A stretch of 64,000 nucleotides of DNA from Octopus sinensis (lineage: Eukaryota): assembly GCF_006345805.1 (NCBI RefSeq), contig NC_042998.1, forward strand, positions 55,428,001-55,492,000, read 5' to 3'. Below, one piece after another: positions 38,269 through 52,327 of this stretch. The position numbers were made by a program, and so were the translations under genes. Every line of letters begins with the position of its first letter. Position 1 is the stretch's first letter. The notes under the pieces are model-generated. The model made no database searches. It saw only the letters and a list, made by a program, of their open reading frames with translations, and was not told where the DNA came from.

Positions 38269-38831
38269 ATAGGGTAGCCTGCACATGTCGCCAGTCTTCC
38301 ATTGCCAGAGGACTTTCAGTAAACGGCATACAAATAAGCTCACTATAAAGAGACATCTGAACGTCTATAGATTATAGTGATATTCACTTGTAGAACACAA
38401 GTATCACTCTCTGAGTCTCTGTAATTAGTCCCTATCGACAGACCGAAGCAAGATGACCAGTAATTACATAAAACCGCAAGTTTTACACTAGTGTCCCTCT
38501 CTTAGAAGGATGCTGTGACAACAGCTAGGAGGTCCCTCACTCCTGGCATATTTACTATGCACCCTAACACGGCCCAACGGTATATCTGTGTATTCACGTG
38601 CAGATGAAATGTCAACAAATGTGTGCTAGTTATCTCACATCTAGGAGCCTGATAGGTGTTACTACATCGGGTCAGAGTACACCTAGGAACAATAATGGCT
38701 AAGAGATAATTCCACACTCCTCAAACACCTGAACCAGAGGATACATACATACACATACATACGTATGTATGTATATATGTATGCATTTAATTATGTATGT
38801 ATGTCTGTATGTATGTATGTATGTATGTATA

Positions 38832-39309
38832 TGTCATCGGTTGCGTTGGACTGGACACCTTATTAGAATGGAGGATAGAAGGATTCCTAAGCAGATGCTC
38901 TATGGAGAACTTGTGAATGGAAGGAGACTCCGGCAGAAACCAAGGCTGCGATTTAAGGACTGTGTCAAATCCTCGTTAAAGGCCGTTGATATGCAGGACA
39001 CTGACTGGGAGAACAATGCCTGTCATCGCCACAGATGGAGGAAGCAGGTTAAGGAGGGGATCGACACTTTTGAGAGAGCACGTATCCAGCATGAAGAACT
39101 TAAGTGAGCTGCGCGAAAGCGCACGGCTCGTATAGTGAATGGGGAAAGCTTGGTCTGCAATGTTTGCAGTCGTGTATGCTTGTCAAGAGCAGGGCTCATT
39201 AGCCACCAACGGAGCCGCAAATGCAAAATATAAGTTAGTCCTAGAGCGCACAATGTTCCTGAAGTTCGGCAATGGTCTTCCTCGGTCACGAGTGGACGGC
39301 CATCATCAT
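38832..39309 (+). mobile_element. RTE-clade LINE 3' end (C-terminal domain, C2H2-like finger, 3' UTR, (CAT)3 tail)
   Basis: HRLRWTGHLIRMEDRRIPKQMLYGEL...PRLRFKDCVK...; TGA at 39105 then in-frame CNVCSRVCLSRAGLISHQRS; final TAA at 39231. Confidence 0.93.
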
Positions 39310-39345
39310 GTATGTATGTATGAAGCATGTATGTATGTATGTATG

Positions 39346-39375
<30 letters not shown>

Positions 39376-39376
<1 letters not shown>

Positions 39377-39780
39377 GAGGTGCATTCCAGAAGTTCTGAG
39401 ACTTCTTTAGGAGAGACAGTTATAACTGTCCCAGATTACTGTAATTTTATTATATCATTACAATACATCTGATAAGCTGACCTGCCAACTTTTTATTCCA
39501 CGCTGAAGGAGAAGGATGTAGCAGCGTTTGGAATATACTCTAGCAAACACTGCTTGTCACAGCTGACTAGTTTGCAGAGTGCAGGCGAGACGTGAAGCCA
39601 ATTTGGAAGTCCGCTATGCAATAAAGTTTTATGTTAAACTGAGTAAACGCGCTACAGAAATTTACGAAATGCTCCGAATTGCTTATGGAATAACTTGTAT
39701 GAGTTAACCATCTGTTTTCGCTGGCACAAGAGGCTAGGCAGAGCAAGTCCACCAGGAAGCTCATGATGATCCCCCCTATT
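39376..39780 (+). mobile_element. Mariner 5' fragment (N-terminal HTH)
   Basis: From 39606: EVRYAIKFYVKLSKRATEIYEMLRIAYGITCMS*PSVF, then frameshifted WHKR...HDDP, the typical mariner N-terminus; preceded by TA. Confidence 0.8.
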
Positions 39781-39861
39781 TAGACTGTAAAAATGGCTGA
39801 CGACTAGCATCATGCTTGAAACTCAAGAGTACCAACGAATTTGACTCAAACTGTTTTGATC

Positions 39862-39893
<32 letters not shown>

Positions 39894-40867
39894 ATCATAC
39901 ACACACACGCGCACACACACACGCACACACAAACATACGCATACTCACACAAATGCATGCATCATATTTATATATAAATATATATATATACATACGCACA
40001 AATACATATGAATATACACCCGTGTGCGTACATACACACACACACCACACACATATGCATATATACACACATACGCATACACTTACAGAAACGCTTATCT
40101 TTATTCCTACATTTTACATTCATTCACCCTTCTCACGCATATTCTATATTTCTCTTCCTCTTCTCCCACATGCATTAACTCAGACAACTATTTAAATCTC
40201 TATACATCTCCCTTTTATTAAAAAAAAAAAAAATTCGCACTGTTCTTGGACGGGAGTTGAAAGAAAGAAATATTAGAAATGTTAGCTTCGCTTTTATTAT
40301 TTTATTTATTTATGTTTTTTTTTTATTTGTAAGATAAGACTGGGTTCTGTTTTTTATTATTTTTTTTTTTCAGTGAGGGCAATTTTATTCGGGAACCGGC
40401 TGACCCGTCTGAATGCAAAAGTAGATTAAACAAACCAATCTATGCTATTTTTCGCATTGTTTCCGTTTTATGATAATTATCATCATTATTCTTAGTTTTT
40501 ATTTCATTTTTTTTTTATTATTTGGATAGTTTATTGTGTTTAAGTTACCAACAATCAGGTAATGAGCCGATGAGAATGTATGTCTAACTCAAGCGTCAAG
40601 TTAAACGAAGCTGGGGCGTCTTGTTTTCCTTTCTAAGAATTTCACCGAGACTATATAAGCTTCTTAGAAAGAAAAATACCCTATAGAAATTTCTGAAGAA
40701 GATCTGGTTTTTAAAAGTTCTCACCTTTGACCTGAATGTGTTATTTACCGCGTTTTTTTTGCTTCATATTTTTTTCTAAGCGAATATATATTCCTCCTTC
40801 AAGTTCCTTATGCTATTATGTTTTTCATCTATACAAAACTATATGTACATATACGCATGCATGTATA

Positions 40868-40917
<50 letters not shown>

Positions 40918-41822
40918 CCCATAGACACACACACATTGTTCATAGTGATGGTGGTGGTAGTTTTAATATGTGCCTACTCTAGCTAAATATATTTTAAGAG
41001 GTTGTTTTGAAACTCATTTCCTCATTTTGGATGATGGTGGAGACTATTAAAAAGTTTCCTCTGGAACAAATCACCAAACATACATGTCACCAACCAACTG
41101 CGCTAACTTCCTCAATATGGAACCACCTCAAATAAGAGACAGTTTTAATGTAAAGATAACACATATTTAACAGTTGCTAGACATTCCTTTAAAATAGATT
41201 ATTTACTAATATAATCTAGATACTAAGCTTCAATGTGGAAACATTTAGCTGTAAAAAGATCTGCCTTTAAATTTCAATCAATGTGTGGATAGACCTTATC
41301 AAATACACACTGACACATACATCTGGTGCCCATTGCTTCACTAAGACCACTTAACTGCATTGCACGAGCCTTTATGAAAGAAAGGGGAGTTGTTATACCA
41401 CGTATAAAATTTAGAAATCCAGCTCTTTTTTCTTAGTTTGTGGCGTCTGTTTTCTGAGCTAGGTATACAACGGAGTCATTTACCATGTCCATATAAACAT
41501 GCTACTTCCAATTATGTGCTTCACGATAGACGCATTAACACGAAACAATTCATAACATTTCCGAACCTGTAACGTGTTTGTATATAATTACTAGCGTAAC
41601 CCTGCTTAACCCTACTTTGCTCGCTTATGCAATGCGCCATGATGTTCAAACCAATAGCTCCATACTTCACATGTTATGTTTTTCTCATCTAAACACAATT
41701 ATATACACATATGTGTTTTGCGTACCTATATGTATATATGTAAGATATACAGACAGACAACAATCAGACACACATACAGACAGATAAGGTAGATAAATAG
41801 ACAGACAGACAGACAGATAAGG

Positions 41823-41854
<32 letters not shown>

Positions 41855-42097
41855 TAGATAGATAAATTTCTTTATTGGCCACACAGGGCTGCACACAGAT
41901 GAGACAAATTACAAGGTAGAGCTTTTCTTTTGTGGGACGAAAAGAACCAAAAAAAAACCAAAAAAACAAAAGAAACAAAAAAAGTGGCGTAGGTTTTCGA
42001 TCAAAAGGGATCGTAAAAGGGGAAAAAGAAAAAAAAAAGAAAAGAAAAAAAGGAAAGGAAAAATAAAAAAGGAAGACAAAAGAGGAAAAAAGGGGAG

Positions 42098-42181
<84 letters not shown>

Positions 42182-42684
42182 CAGACAGATTTATACACAC
42201 TGCAACTGTTATTAGTAAACCTAAGATGAATATAAATAATTTCGCTACCTTAGTACTGTAGTTAACCCTTTTGTTGTACAACTTTAAAAAGGTGTCAGTA
42301 TATTTTATTGTTCTCTTTCAGCAAAGAAAAAAAAACCCCGAGATTGTCCAGATATGTTTCACGGCTCACTGACCACTCATCAGAATACACGTGTACTCTG
42401 ATTCTTCATCCTATGAAGGGAACGTATCACAAATAGCTATTTACATCAAGCACAAGATAGCCGTCAGAGCAAACTCCTCATTTATGCATATACAAACGGT
42501 CAAAGAGCGAATCGGATCTAACTCATTTTAAATCGGTCTCAATTCATTTTAAATCGGTCTCTGAATTCAAATGCAATCGAGATAATTTTTGATTTTCATC
42601 ATCTCGGGATCGATAAATCCTAACCATGCTCTGGGATCGATAAATAAAATCCTAGCCATAATCTAGGATTGATTCTTCTCGTTT

Positions 42685-42733
<49 letters not shown>

Positions 42734-42833
42734 NNNNNNNNNNNNNNNNNNNNNNNNNNNNNNNNNNNNNNNNNNNNNNNNNNNNNNNNNNNNNNNNNNN
42801 NNNNNNNNNNNNNNNNNNNNNNNNNNNNNNNNN
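42734..42833. other. Assembly gap (100 N)
   Basis: Direct reading; follows a (TC)n array. Confidence 1.
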
Positions 42834-42924
42834 GGTATACAAATTCTTGTATTTGCAAAGCACTTAATTATAATTAATTAAGTAATTATTGATTAATTGA
42901 TTAATTATTAAAGTGAATTATTAG

Positions 42925-43340
42925 GCGAAGGTGTGGCTGTGTGATAAGTAGCTTGTTTACGAACCACATGATTCCGGGTTCAGTCCCACTGCATGGCACC
43001 TTGGGCAAGTGTCTTCTACTACTTTGGTCGGGCCGACCAAAACCCTGTGAGTGGATTTGGTAGACGGAAACTGAAAAAGTCCGTCGTATATATGTATATG
43101 TAAATATATGTGTGTGTATATCTTTGTGTGTCTGTCTTTGTCCCCCCCACCCCAACATCGCTTGACAACGATGCTAGTGTGTTTACGTCCCCGTAACTTA
43201 GCGGTTCGGCAAAAGAAAACGATAGAATAAGTACTAGGCTTACAAAGAATAAGTCATGGGTTCGATTTGCTTGACTAAAGGCGGTACTCCAGCATGGCCA
43301 CAGTCAAACGACTGAAACAAGTAAAAGTGTAAAAGAGAGT
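42925..43340 (+). mobile_element. SINE family A, full length
   Basis: Both halves and tail present. Confidence 0.93.
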
Positions 43341-43429
43341 AATTGTTGGGTCTCCTTTTTGAATAATCATGTTAGCCATATATTTGTATGAAGTGCTATT
43401 AGGTTGATAACCTTATTTGGAAGGGTCCC

Positions 43430-43485
<56 letters not shown>

Positions 43486-43767
43486 GTGTATGTGTGTGTG
43501 TGTGTGTGTGAGTGGGTGATGAGCGTGATGATGATGATGACAATAGAATCTCTCGTCCAAGACGACGCATGAGTGCTTAGTTTTTTGGCGAACGAGCTGC
43601 ACAAATTATTTGTTTATAGCGATCAAATGTATGTTCTACATTAGCTAATTCCTTGCATCAAATAGACGTCGTCTGAACAGGTAAACGGTGTACACACGTC
43701 AGGTGTCAAAGTCAACGCAGAGCAACATGAGATGAAAAGCTATATATAAAATAGAAAAAGAACCACA

Positions 43768-43897
43768 TTTTATCATTCAATAACGAAAAATTAAATTATA
43801 CCATTTAGAAAAATTACATATTATAATATTATAATATAAATTATATGTTATTTTTCTAAATGGTATAATTTAATTTTTTATTATTGAATTGATAAAA
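43768..43897. repeat. AT-rich palindrome (~55-bp arms)
   Basis: ttttatcattcaataacgaaaaattaaattataccatttagaaaaattacata matches the reverse complement of 43843-43897 with few mismatches. Confidence 0.9.
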
Positions 43898-44000
43898 GAT
43901 GTTGTTTTTTTTCGAATTTATATATATTATATTTTGTTAAATTTGATTTAGTATTTTTGAATTGAATTTTTCCCTGTAAGTTTGGAATAATATTCCCTCA

Positions 44001-44110
<110 letters not shown>

Positions 44111-44134
44111 TAATATATATATATATGTATATAT

Positions 44135-44360
44135 ATTTTTCTCTCTCCTTTTTTTCTCTCCTTTTTTTCTCTCCTTTTTTCTCTCCTTTTTTTCTCTCCT
44201 TGTTTCTCTCCTTGTTTGTTTCTGTGTACCTTTCTGTAGAAGAGCGTAACCTCGAAACGTAAATGACTTTTTCTATTCCTGAGCGTTATACTAATACATC
44301 TTTTCGTTTTGTATACCACCTGTCTTCGTCTTTTGTTGTTTTTTTCGTAAACTCTCCCTA
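44135..44360 (+). mobile_element. HHR family B repeat (hammerhead at 44230-44265) with amplified 5' ttttctctcct units
   Basis: CTTT-CTGTAGA-A-GAGC-GTAA-CCTC-GAAA-CG-T-A-AATG. Confidence 0.8.
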
Positions 44361-45213
44361 TATATATACATACATATACATGTGTACGTGTGTGTGTGCG
44401 CGCGCACGTGTGTGAGTGTGTATGTATAGACAGATAGGTCGATAGATAAACTGACAGATATACCTTTATATATACCTAAATACACATAAATACAAATATA
44501 CACACACCGTATCATCTTTCCTTCACTCACTTATCCCCTTAACTTTCTCTTTGTCCATCTCTTTCTGCCACTCTTTCAATTCCATATACATTTGCATTTC
44601 ACCTCAAACGAATATATGTGTGTGTGCTCGTGCTTCGTTATGCGTGTAAATATTATGGGAGTGATTGAATAAATGAACAGAGTTAGCTTCTAATCCACAA
44701 CCTACAGAAAGGAAATATACGTGATCTTGTGTTCGAGCGCGCGTATGTCTGTGTGCGTGTGCATGAGCGTACATAACTAAATATATATATATTTTTTTGT
44801 ACATAAATATAGCTATACATACTTCCACACATAAACAGATATATATATATATATATTTGTACATGTATGTATGTGTCTGTGTTCATGGGTTCACGCGCGC
44901 ACGTGTGTGTGTATGTGTGTTTGTGTGTGTACGTAGCATATATGCGTATATTTTCTTCATTTTACGCGGTACTGGGATGAACTGCAAAAAATTAAATGCG
45001 GCTTAAATTTTTTTCCACTCAGTTCATTTCAGTACCCCTGTGCATGTAAGCTGCACGCACACAATACATAGATACCTAATACATATATACAAGCATGCAA
45101 ACATACACACATGCATACATACATTTGTACATATATATAGATATATATACATATATTATATATATATAAATGCATATATAATAGTATATATATACATATA
45201 CATACATGTATGT

Positions 45214-45244
<31 letters not shown>

Positions 45245-45413
45245 CATATATACAGATATAAATATGTATATCTGTATATATATACATCCATATAGATATA
45301 ATATACATATATATATGTATACATATTTATATATATGCACATATACTCATATCCATAAATGTACACAAATAATATATATGTATAAACACACACACACACA
45401 CACACACACACCA

Positions 45414-45448
<35 letters not shown>

Positions 45449-46295
45449 ATATACTATTATATATGTACCTAAACAAAATTATATATAATATATACTATGT
45501 AATTGAATATAAATATATATATATATATATATATACACATTTACATATACATTTGTGTGCATGTATGTATGTATTTATGTATGTCTGTATGTATACCTGT
45601 TTAGAGTAGCTAAGGGAATAAAACTTAGAATGACAAGGTGCTTTAATGAGATACAATATTCTTCTCCGTGTTCTTACAATACTATCCCTACTACGTAATA
45701 CTAAACCTGATTAAAAGAAAAAAAAGACAAAAACGGGTTCCATTCTATCAAAAATACCCGTATTCATAAATTTTATTTCTATCACAAATATAATTACCCT
45801 ATTTTGTCATCGTCTTGAATAACCGATTCGCAAAAACAAGATTTTTCTCTTTTTGTCTTTTACGTAGTTTCTTTACCATATTTTCTTTACTCTTGAAGCT
45901 TAATGGCTTCGAAAACACACACACACACAAAAAAGAAACAATGAAAAGAAAAAGAACAATATAAGTCTTACAAGCAGAGTTTTGCGTGATCTGACCAATT
46001 CACCTGTTTAAAAGACGGTTAGTATTAAACGGGTATTAACGGAAATTATGTAAAAAGGTAAAAGCTAAAACCAAAATGAAAGCTTGTGTAAGAGAACAAT
46101 GTTAGGCTAATGAGACTCATTTTTTTTTATTGTTATGGAGTGATTTGAAATGAACGGACGCTCGACTAGTGATGAAAACAAAAGTAATAAAAATTATATG
46201 AACATGGTGTAAAGAAGAAAACAACGACAGTATGAAGCAAAACGATAACAACAAAGCAAAAAGGTGAGCAGAATAAAAAACACAGGGTAAGTTAT

Positions 46296-46331
<36 letters not shown>

Positions 46332-46615
46332 TTCAATGATGATGGTGATGTAAGAATATTTGAATAGCCAGTTTAACTCAGATATTTATTGATTTATTCT
46401 ATATTTTTTTGTGAGTGATAGTTATGGAAGATCTTGTAAACAAATTTTTGAGAGCAATAACCCTTCTGTTCACAAGCGATTTTACAAAATTGAAAAACGT
46501 TTTGAAGCTAATCTTTCAAATATTTTCCGACATTGTCAGGTATTCATTCATTGTCACTCATTTATTGTGATTTGTTGTGATTCGTTCACAAACGAATACC
46601 CGGATATCCATTGGC

Positions 46616-46713
<98 letters not shown>

Positions 46714-46726
46714 GTCTATCTATCTG

Positions 46727-46759
<33 letters not shown>

Positions 46760-46779
46760 ATAGATATATATACATAAGG

Positions 46780-46950
46780 AGAGTTTACGAAAAAAACAAA
46801 AGACGAAGACAGGTGGTGTACAAAACAAATAGATGTATTAGTATAACGCTCAGGAATAGAAAAGATCTTTATGTTTCGAGCCTACGCTCTTCTACAGAAA
46901 GGGACACAGAAAAAACAAAGAGAGAAACAAGGAGAGAAAAAAAATACACA
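46780..46950 (-). mobile_element. HHR family B repeat (hammerhead at 46866-46901)
   Basis: Minus strand: CTTT-CTGTAGA-A-GAGC-GTAG-GCTC-GAAA-CA-T-A-AAG. Confidence 0.8.
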
Positions 46951-47059
46951 CACACAAACACACACACACACATACACACACACACACACATATGTATATA
47001 TATACACATGTATATATATACACACATATATATGTATGCATCTGTGTATGTATGTATCT

Positions 47060-47215
47060 ATGTTTCCGTCTATCAAATTCACTCAAAAGGCCTCGGTCGG
47101 CCCGAGGTTATAGTAGAAGGCGCTTGCCCAAAGTGCCACGCAGTGGGACTGAACCGGGAACTATATGGTTGGAAAGCAAGCTTCTTACCACATAGCCATA
47201 CCTCTGCCTATGTTT
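47060..47215 (-). mobile_element. SINE family A, 5' half
   Basis: Reverse complement of the family A head. Confidence 0.82.
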
Positions 47216-47454
47216 AATGCGCATATTTGTATATGTGTGAGCGCGCGCATGCGTGTACTGACGAAAGATAAAAAATGTCCAACACAGTTTTGCTCAATCG
47301 TTTGTTCGCCTCATTCTACGCCTATCTCAGTTTGTTCACCATATGGACGGCTTCAACGAACAAGGAAGAGTGAAACACCATAACCTCACGCTTACTCTTT
47401 GTTAGACGCATGCACTAACAGTAGCAGTCACATATACAAACTTCAAAAGCATTT

Positions 47455-47760
47455 TTTCTCCACCCTTTTCAAGCCTAGCCAGGCTCAGGGATCCGGTTTC
47501 CCGGTTTCTGTAGCGTATGTGTTCTCCCCAGCTAGACGGGACGCCAGTCCATGGCAGCGTTACTCAAGAAACAGGGAGAGAGAGAGAGAAAGTTGTGGCG
47601 AAAGAGTACAACAGGGGTCGCCACCACCCGCTGCCGGAACCTCGTGGAGCTTTTAGGTGTTTTCACCCAATAAACACACACAACGCCCGGTCTGGGAATG
47701 GAAACCACGATACTCCAAACGCGAGTCCGCTGCCCTAACCACTGGGCCATTGCGCCTCCA
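47455..47760 (-). mobile_element. SINE family B variant
   Basis: Minus-strand head ggaggcgcaatggcccagtggttagggc; homologous to 34377-34650 and 61708-61955. Confidence 0.87.
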
Positions 47761-47859
47761 TCTTTATATATACAAACACATATGTATATATATAATATAT
47801 ATATATGTATATATAAATATAAATGTATATGTATGAATGTATGTGTGTACGTATTATGT

Positions 47860-47939
<80 letters not shown>

Positions 47940-48339
47940 GAGAGTATAATGCTGGGTATAAATTTGCTCAGTAAAGAGTACTCGATTACCAAATGATGAG
48001 TTAAATACTTCTTTATAATGTACTTGTGGAATATAGAATGTTACTCAAATTTCATGCATGTCTGGTGGATGAATCTCATTGGAACTTAAAAAGACACATG
48101 GTATTGGATTATTTCCATCGTAAGGACACCTGTGTGTTTGCAACGCTCTAAGACATTAATCTGACTGTGTTACATGAAACTTGAGTATCATTCGGTGCTT
48201 CATAAGTACTTTAAAAAAAACTCACAAAGAGAAAGAGATATAGTGAGTGAGTGAGTGAGTGAGTGAGTTAGTGTGTGAGTGAGTGAATGAGATAGAGAGA
48301 GAGTAGGAGGGAAAGAGGTATGGATTGATAGATAAGTAG

Positions 48340-48558
48340 ATGGACATATACATACATACATGCATGTATGTATGCATGCGTGCATATATACATATATACA
48401 TACATACATGCATGTATGCATGCATACATACATACATACAATACATACATACATGCATGCATGCATGCATGCATACATACATACATACATGCATGCATGC
48501 ATACATACATGCATGCATGCATGCATACATACATACCATATAATACATACTACATACA

Positions 48559-48592
<34 letters not shown>

Positions 48593-48800
48593 CATACATA
48601 CATGCATGTATGCATGCATACTACATACATACATACATACATACATGCATGCATGCATGCATGCATACATACATACATACATGCATGCATGCATACATAC
48701 ATGCATGCATGCATGCATACATACATACCTACATACATACATACATACATACATACATACATACATACATACATACATACATACATACATACATACACAC
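48340..48800 (+). repeat. Compound (CATA)/(CATG) microsatellite with higher-order duplication
   Basis: Direct reading. Confidence 0.95.
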
Positions 48801-49330
48801 AAGTGTACGAAAATGCAGCTTACAACGATGAATCTGTGTAGCTCACGTCCAGTTTGCATTCTCACCATCAAAATTCTATTCTCTACCACCTGGCCTTGCC
48901 ACGCTTTGAACAAGAGCTGCAGTCATTTAGATGACGCCAGTACCCCACCAAAAGGTCACTTATTGTCAAGGCCGAATAATCGGAAAATACTCATTCATCA
49001 ATATACAATACACTTAAACTAAACCACAGCTACATTGTTTCCTCTGGCTGCCCGTTTTATCCCTCACAACCTAATAGCTGCTACACTGATCAAGCAAGCT
49101 ACTCACAGCCTGTACCCATACACACATCATATACACAAGTTTTCTCTCTTCGTTGTCTGTATTATGTAACCTCCCACCAGACGTCCTATATTAAACACCT
49201 TTGTTCAGTCCTTCTTTTTACCCCAGAATAGCAACCCTCTTGAACTCATTCACTACCTACTCTGCTATTGCTTCTGTGGATGTAATTGTCATTGCTGTTT
49301 AACTGTAGGTAGGTCTTTATCAGAATGACT
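48800..49330 (-). mobile_element. Possible RTE-type APE endonuclease relic
   Basis: WQGQVVENRILMVRMQTGRELHRFIVVS resembles the RTE APE segment (S[DN]R[IL]..[VL]R...I[VI]SAYAP); heavily decayed. Confidence 0.45.
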
Positions 49331-49399
49331 TATGATTAAATGTGTTTCAGTGTCACTACCTCGTTCTGTTTTCCGGCATAATATATCTAAATCTAGTGA

Positions 49400-49570
49400 A
49401 GGTGCGTGATCAGTGGTTAGGGTATTGCACTCACAACCTCTAGATCAAGATTTCGATTCCTGGACCGAATGGTGTGGTGTATTCTTGAACAATACACTTT
49501 ATTTGGCGTTGCTCTGTGATCACTTCAACATCTGATGTGCGTCACATCATGCTTCTACACAGGTACGAAA
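49400..49570 (+). mobile_element. SINE family B, diverged
   Basis: agtggttagggtattgcactcac head; tail like 2290-2350. Confidence 0.75.
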
Positions 49571-51017
49571 GCAAGATGAAGAAAGTGAACTCATATATAA
49601 CAAAAACATTAGATCACTATAATCATATTACACTGTGTAACACAATTTTTCTCCTTGAGTATTTCCTATTTCCTATTTCCTTACTCCTAGAAAGTATGAA
49701 AGATGTCAAATATTTCCTTTAAACTTTGCTTTTGTTTCGATGTTTATTCAAACCTCAAAGAATCCCTATCAGCACATGATTATGATAATCCCCCGCTGCT
49801 CCTGCTCAGGATCAGTGACGCACATATTGTCAACCACTAAGAGACATGCTCCTGTGGTTATGGTCAAACAATTAAGAAGCAAATTTGTGGTATTGAGCAG
49901 AATATTTACTATAACGATATTTCTGCTTCAACAACTCAGTGCTGAGTCTGTCTGAAATGTAATGGAAACTAGTTAAGTTTCAAAACATTTAATATCCAAA
50001 TCACAAAAGCAAAGTTTGACGTGAATAGTAGTCATTTCCTTTGATTTCTAGACAGAAGCAAATAGGAAATAACACTTACCAACCAAAGGCAAAAGAAAAG
50101 TATAACATTTTGTTACACAGTGTTGTATGTGCAGATTGTTCAGACTACAAACAAATTGCTAAAACTACATAGCGTAATGCGTCTGGCAATTTATAACACG
50201 AAATATTTGAGGTAGATTTTGCTGGTATTATTAACAGATCGAGCTGTTTTCATTCGTTCTGTTTTATCTGTCGGCATCAATTTACATGCATTCTAGAATG
50301 TCATCGACCTACTCAGTCTAGAAGAGCTTCAAATTATCATAAGTAGCCGCCCTCCTCCACGTTCTAAGTAGTAAAAAAACAAGTTGTTCATTGAAGAAGC
50401 CATACTAATCAAGTACTTGAAACTACAAAACAACCGTGAGAAGATTCTACGTTATCAGAAATGTAGCTTCTAATCATAATATCAAACTCCACTCATTTTG
50501 TTATGCTGCGTACTTCTACGTAATTCGTAAAGTTCTTTTAATGTTGTTTACAGTTAATGTTATAATTTAAATCTTAATAGTAGAAATATCGAATAGTTAA
50601 AAAAGATAATTTTTTCTTATAATCGTTATATCTTTTAGGACCATTCATTAGTTATACAGGTGCGTGTATGTAATTGTGTTTGTGTATGTGTGTGTGTGTC
50701 CACACGCGCGCACGTCTCTGTATGTGTGTATATATATTGCGTATATATTATGATATAATGTGTGTATATATAATGTGTGTGTATATATATATTATATATA
50801 TGTGATATATATATATATATTATATAATATATATATATTATATATATAAAGAGAGAGAGAGAGGAAGGAAGAAAGAGAGAAAAAAGAAGATAGCATGCCC
50901 ATCACAGCACTATCAATGGTTTCACGAAATGCCAGCTGCTGAATTTTTAAAATGTTGATCACGAATTAACCGAATTCTATTTGATAACGGTCATCCGAAG
51001 CAATTTAATTTATTTTA

Positions 51018-51074
<57 letters not shown>

Positions 51075-51196
51075 AATATTTTAGAATATATTTTAATATT
51101 TAAAAGCCAAAATATAGAAAAGAACAAACAATTGGTTTTACTTTGCTCAGTATATTGTAGAATTATTTGTTAATTCTTTATCTTGTTCTTCTACAA

Positions 51197-51258
<62 letters not shown>

Positions 51259-51672
51259 CACACACATACAAAGAGAAAGAAAATATAATTTACAAGATTC
51301 TTTATTAATCACTACGATCGTTTCAACCCATCGTGCATTGCTCCCTCGTGAGTGAGATTGCGTACAAATAGTTGTGGTGCATCACTCGGGGAAGATGTGC
51401 TGAAAAGTACCTCGTTCTTTCGCTTATTTCGATTAGAATAAATTTTGGTATTGTCTGTAGCTAGTGACATACTCTTATAGGTAATAAGATAACTGTTCTT
51501 CATTCTAACTCATGTTCCCTTTTGTATGCAGATAGCTAGAGGCAAATGCCGAAATGTATTCTAATTGAAATAAGCGAAACAGAGATTAAGACACGCGGTT
51601 CCTTTTTACAAGTCATCTAAGGACGTACGTCTGCATCGAATGATGCACCACCACTATATATGCAGAATGTAT

Positions 51673-51703
<31 letters not shown>

Positions 51704-51829
51704 CATACATACTTACATACTTATATACATGCATACACACACACACACACGTCGCGTTTGTCCCTCCTCTCTCTCTCCTCTCTCTCTCTCTCTTCCGTTG
51801 CTTCTCTTTCTTTTCTTCTCTCTCTTCTC

Positions 51830-52305
51830 TGTCACGTGACTGCTGGCCGAAATCTGCCTTTCAGCTTCTGACCAGCGTCGTGTTAACATCGTTGTTTTTC
51901 GTCCGCCGCTATAGGCATCGCCGATAAGGCTCCTTTCCTTGCGCCAGAGAAAAAATTTGTTTGCTTGTTATCAGTCGTAAGACACTTGTTGTTGTTTTCA
52001 CCGTTAATGCTTCTGTATTCCATTGTTTTTTTATATTCGTCCCTTTTGCTGTCCTGGTGTCCGTATGCATTCGATCCTTCTTCCAGGAAATCTACGCTCC
52101 CAGCTTCTTAGTTTTTCTAATGCTCGTTGCTTAGTTTTTCTTGGAGGGCTGGCCGTGATCTAGTAATCTCAAGATTAATCAGCCGAAATTACTACGATGA
52201 TCCGGTTCTTGACTGAAGACTGAGGGTTTCGAATGTCTTGTCCGTGTTTATTGTATCGTCTTCTAAGAGTTATACGTTCTTGTCCATGTTGTAATTTTCT
52301 ACATA
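51830..52305. repeat. GC-richer dispersed repeat, possibly a solo LTR or pLTR
   Basis: Bounded by TGT...ACA; its 3' part recurs at 4710-4848; no TSD seen. Confidence 0.4.
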
Positions 52306-52327
52306 CCTTAATATAACTATATATATA

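Noticed and set aside
41000-41500. Minus-strand frame with protein-like stretches (GFLNFIRGITTPLSFIKARAMQ...)
   Set aside because: Multiple stops and no recognisable motif; cannot be assigned without a search.
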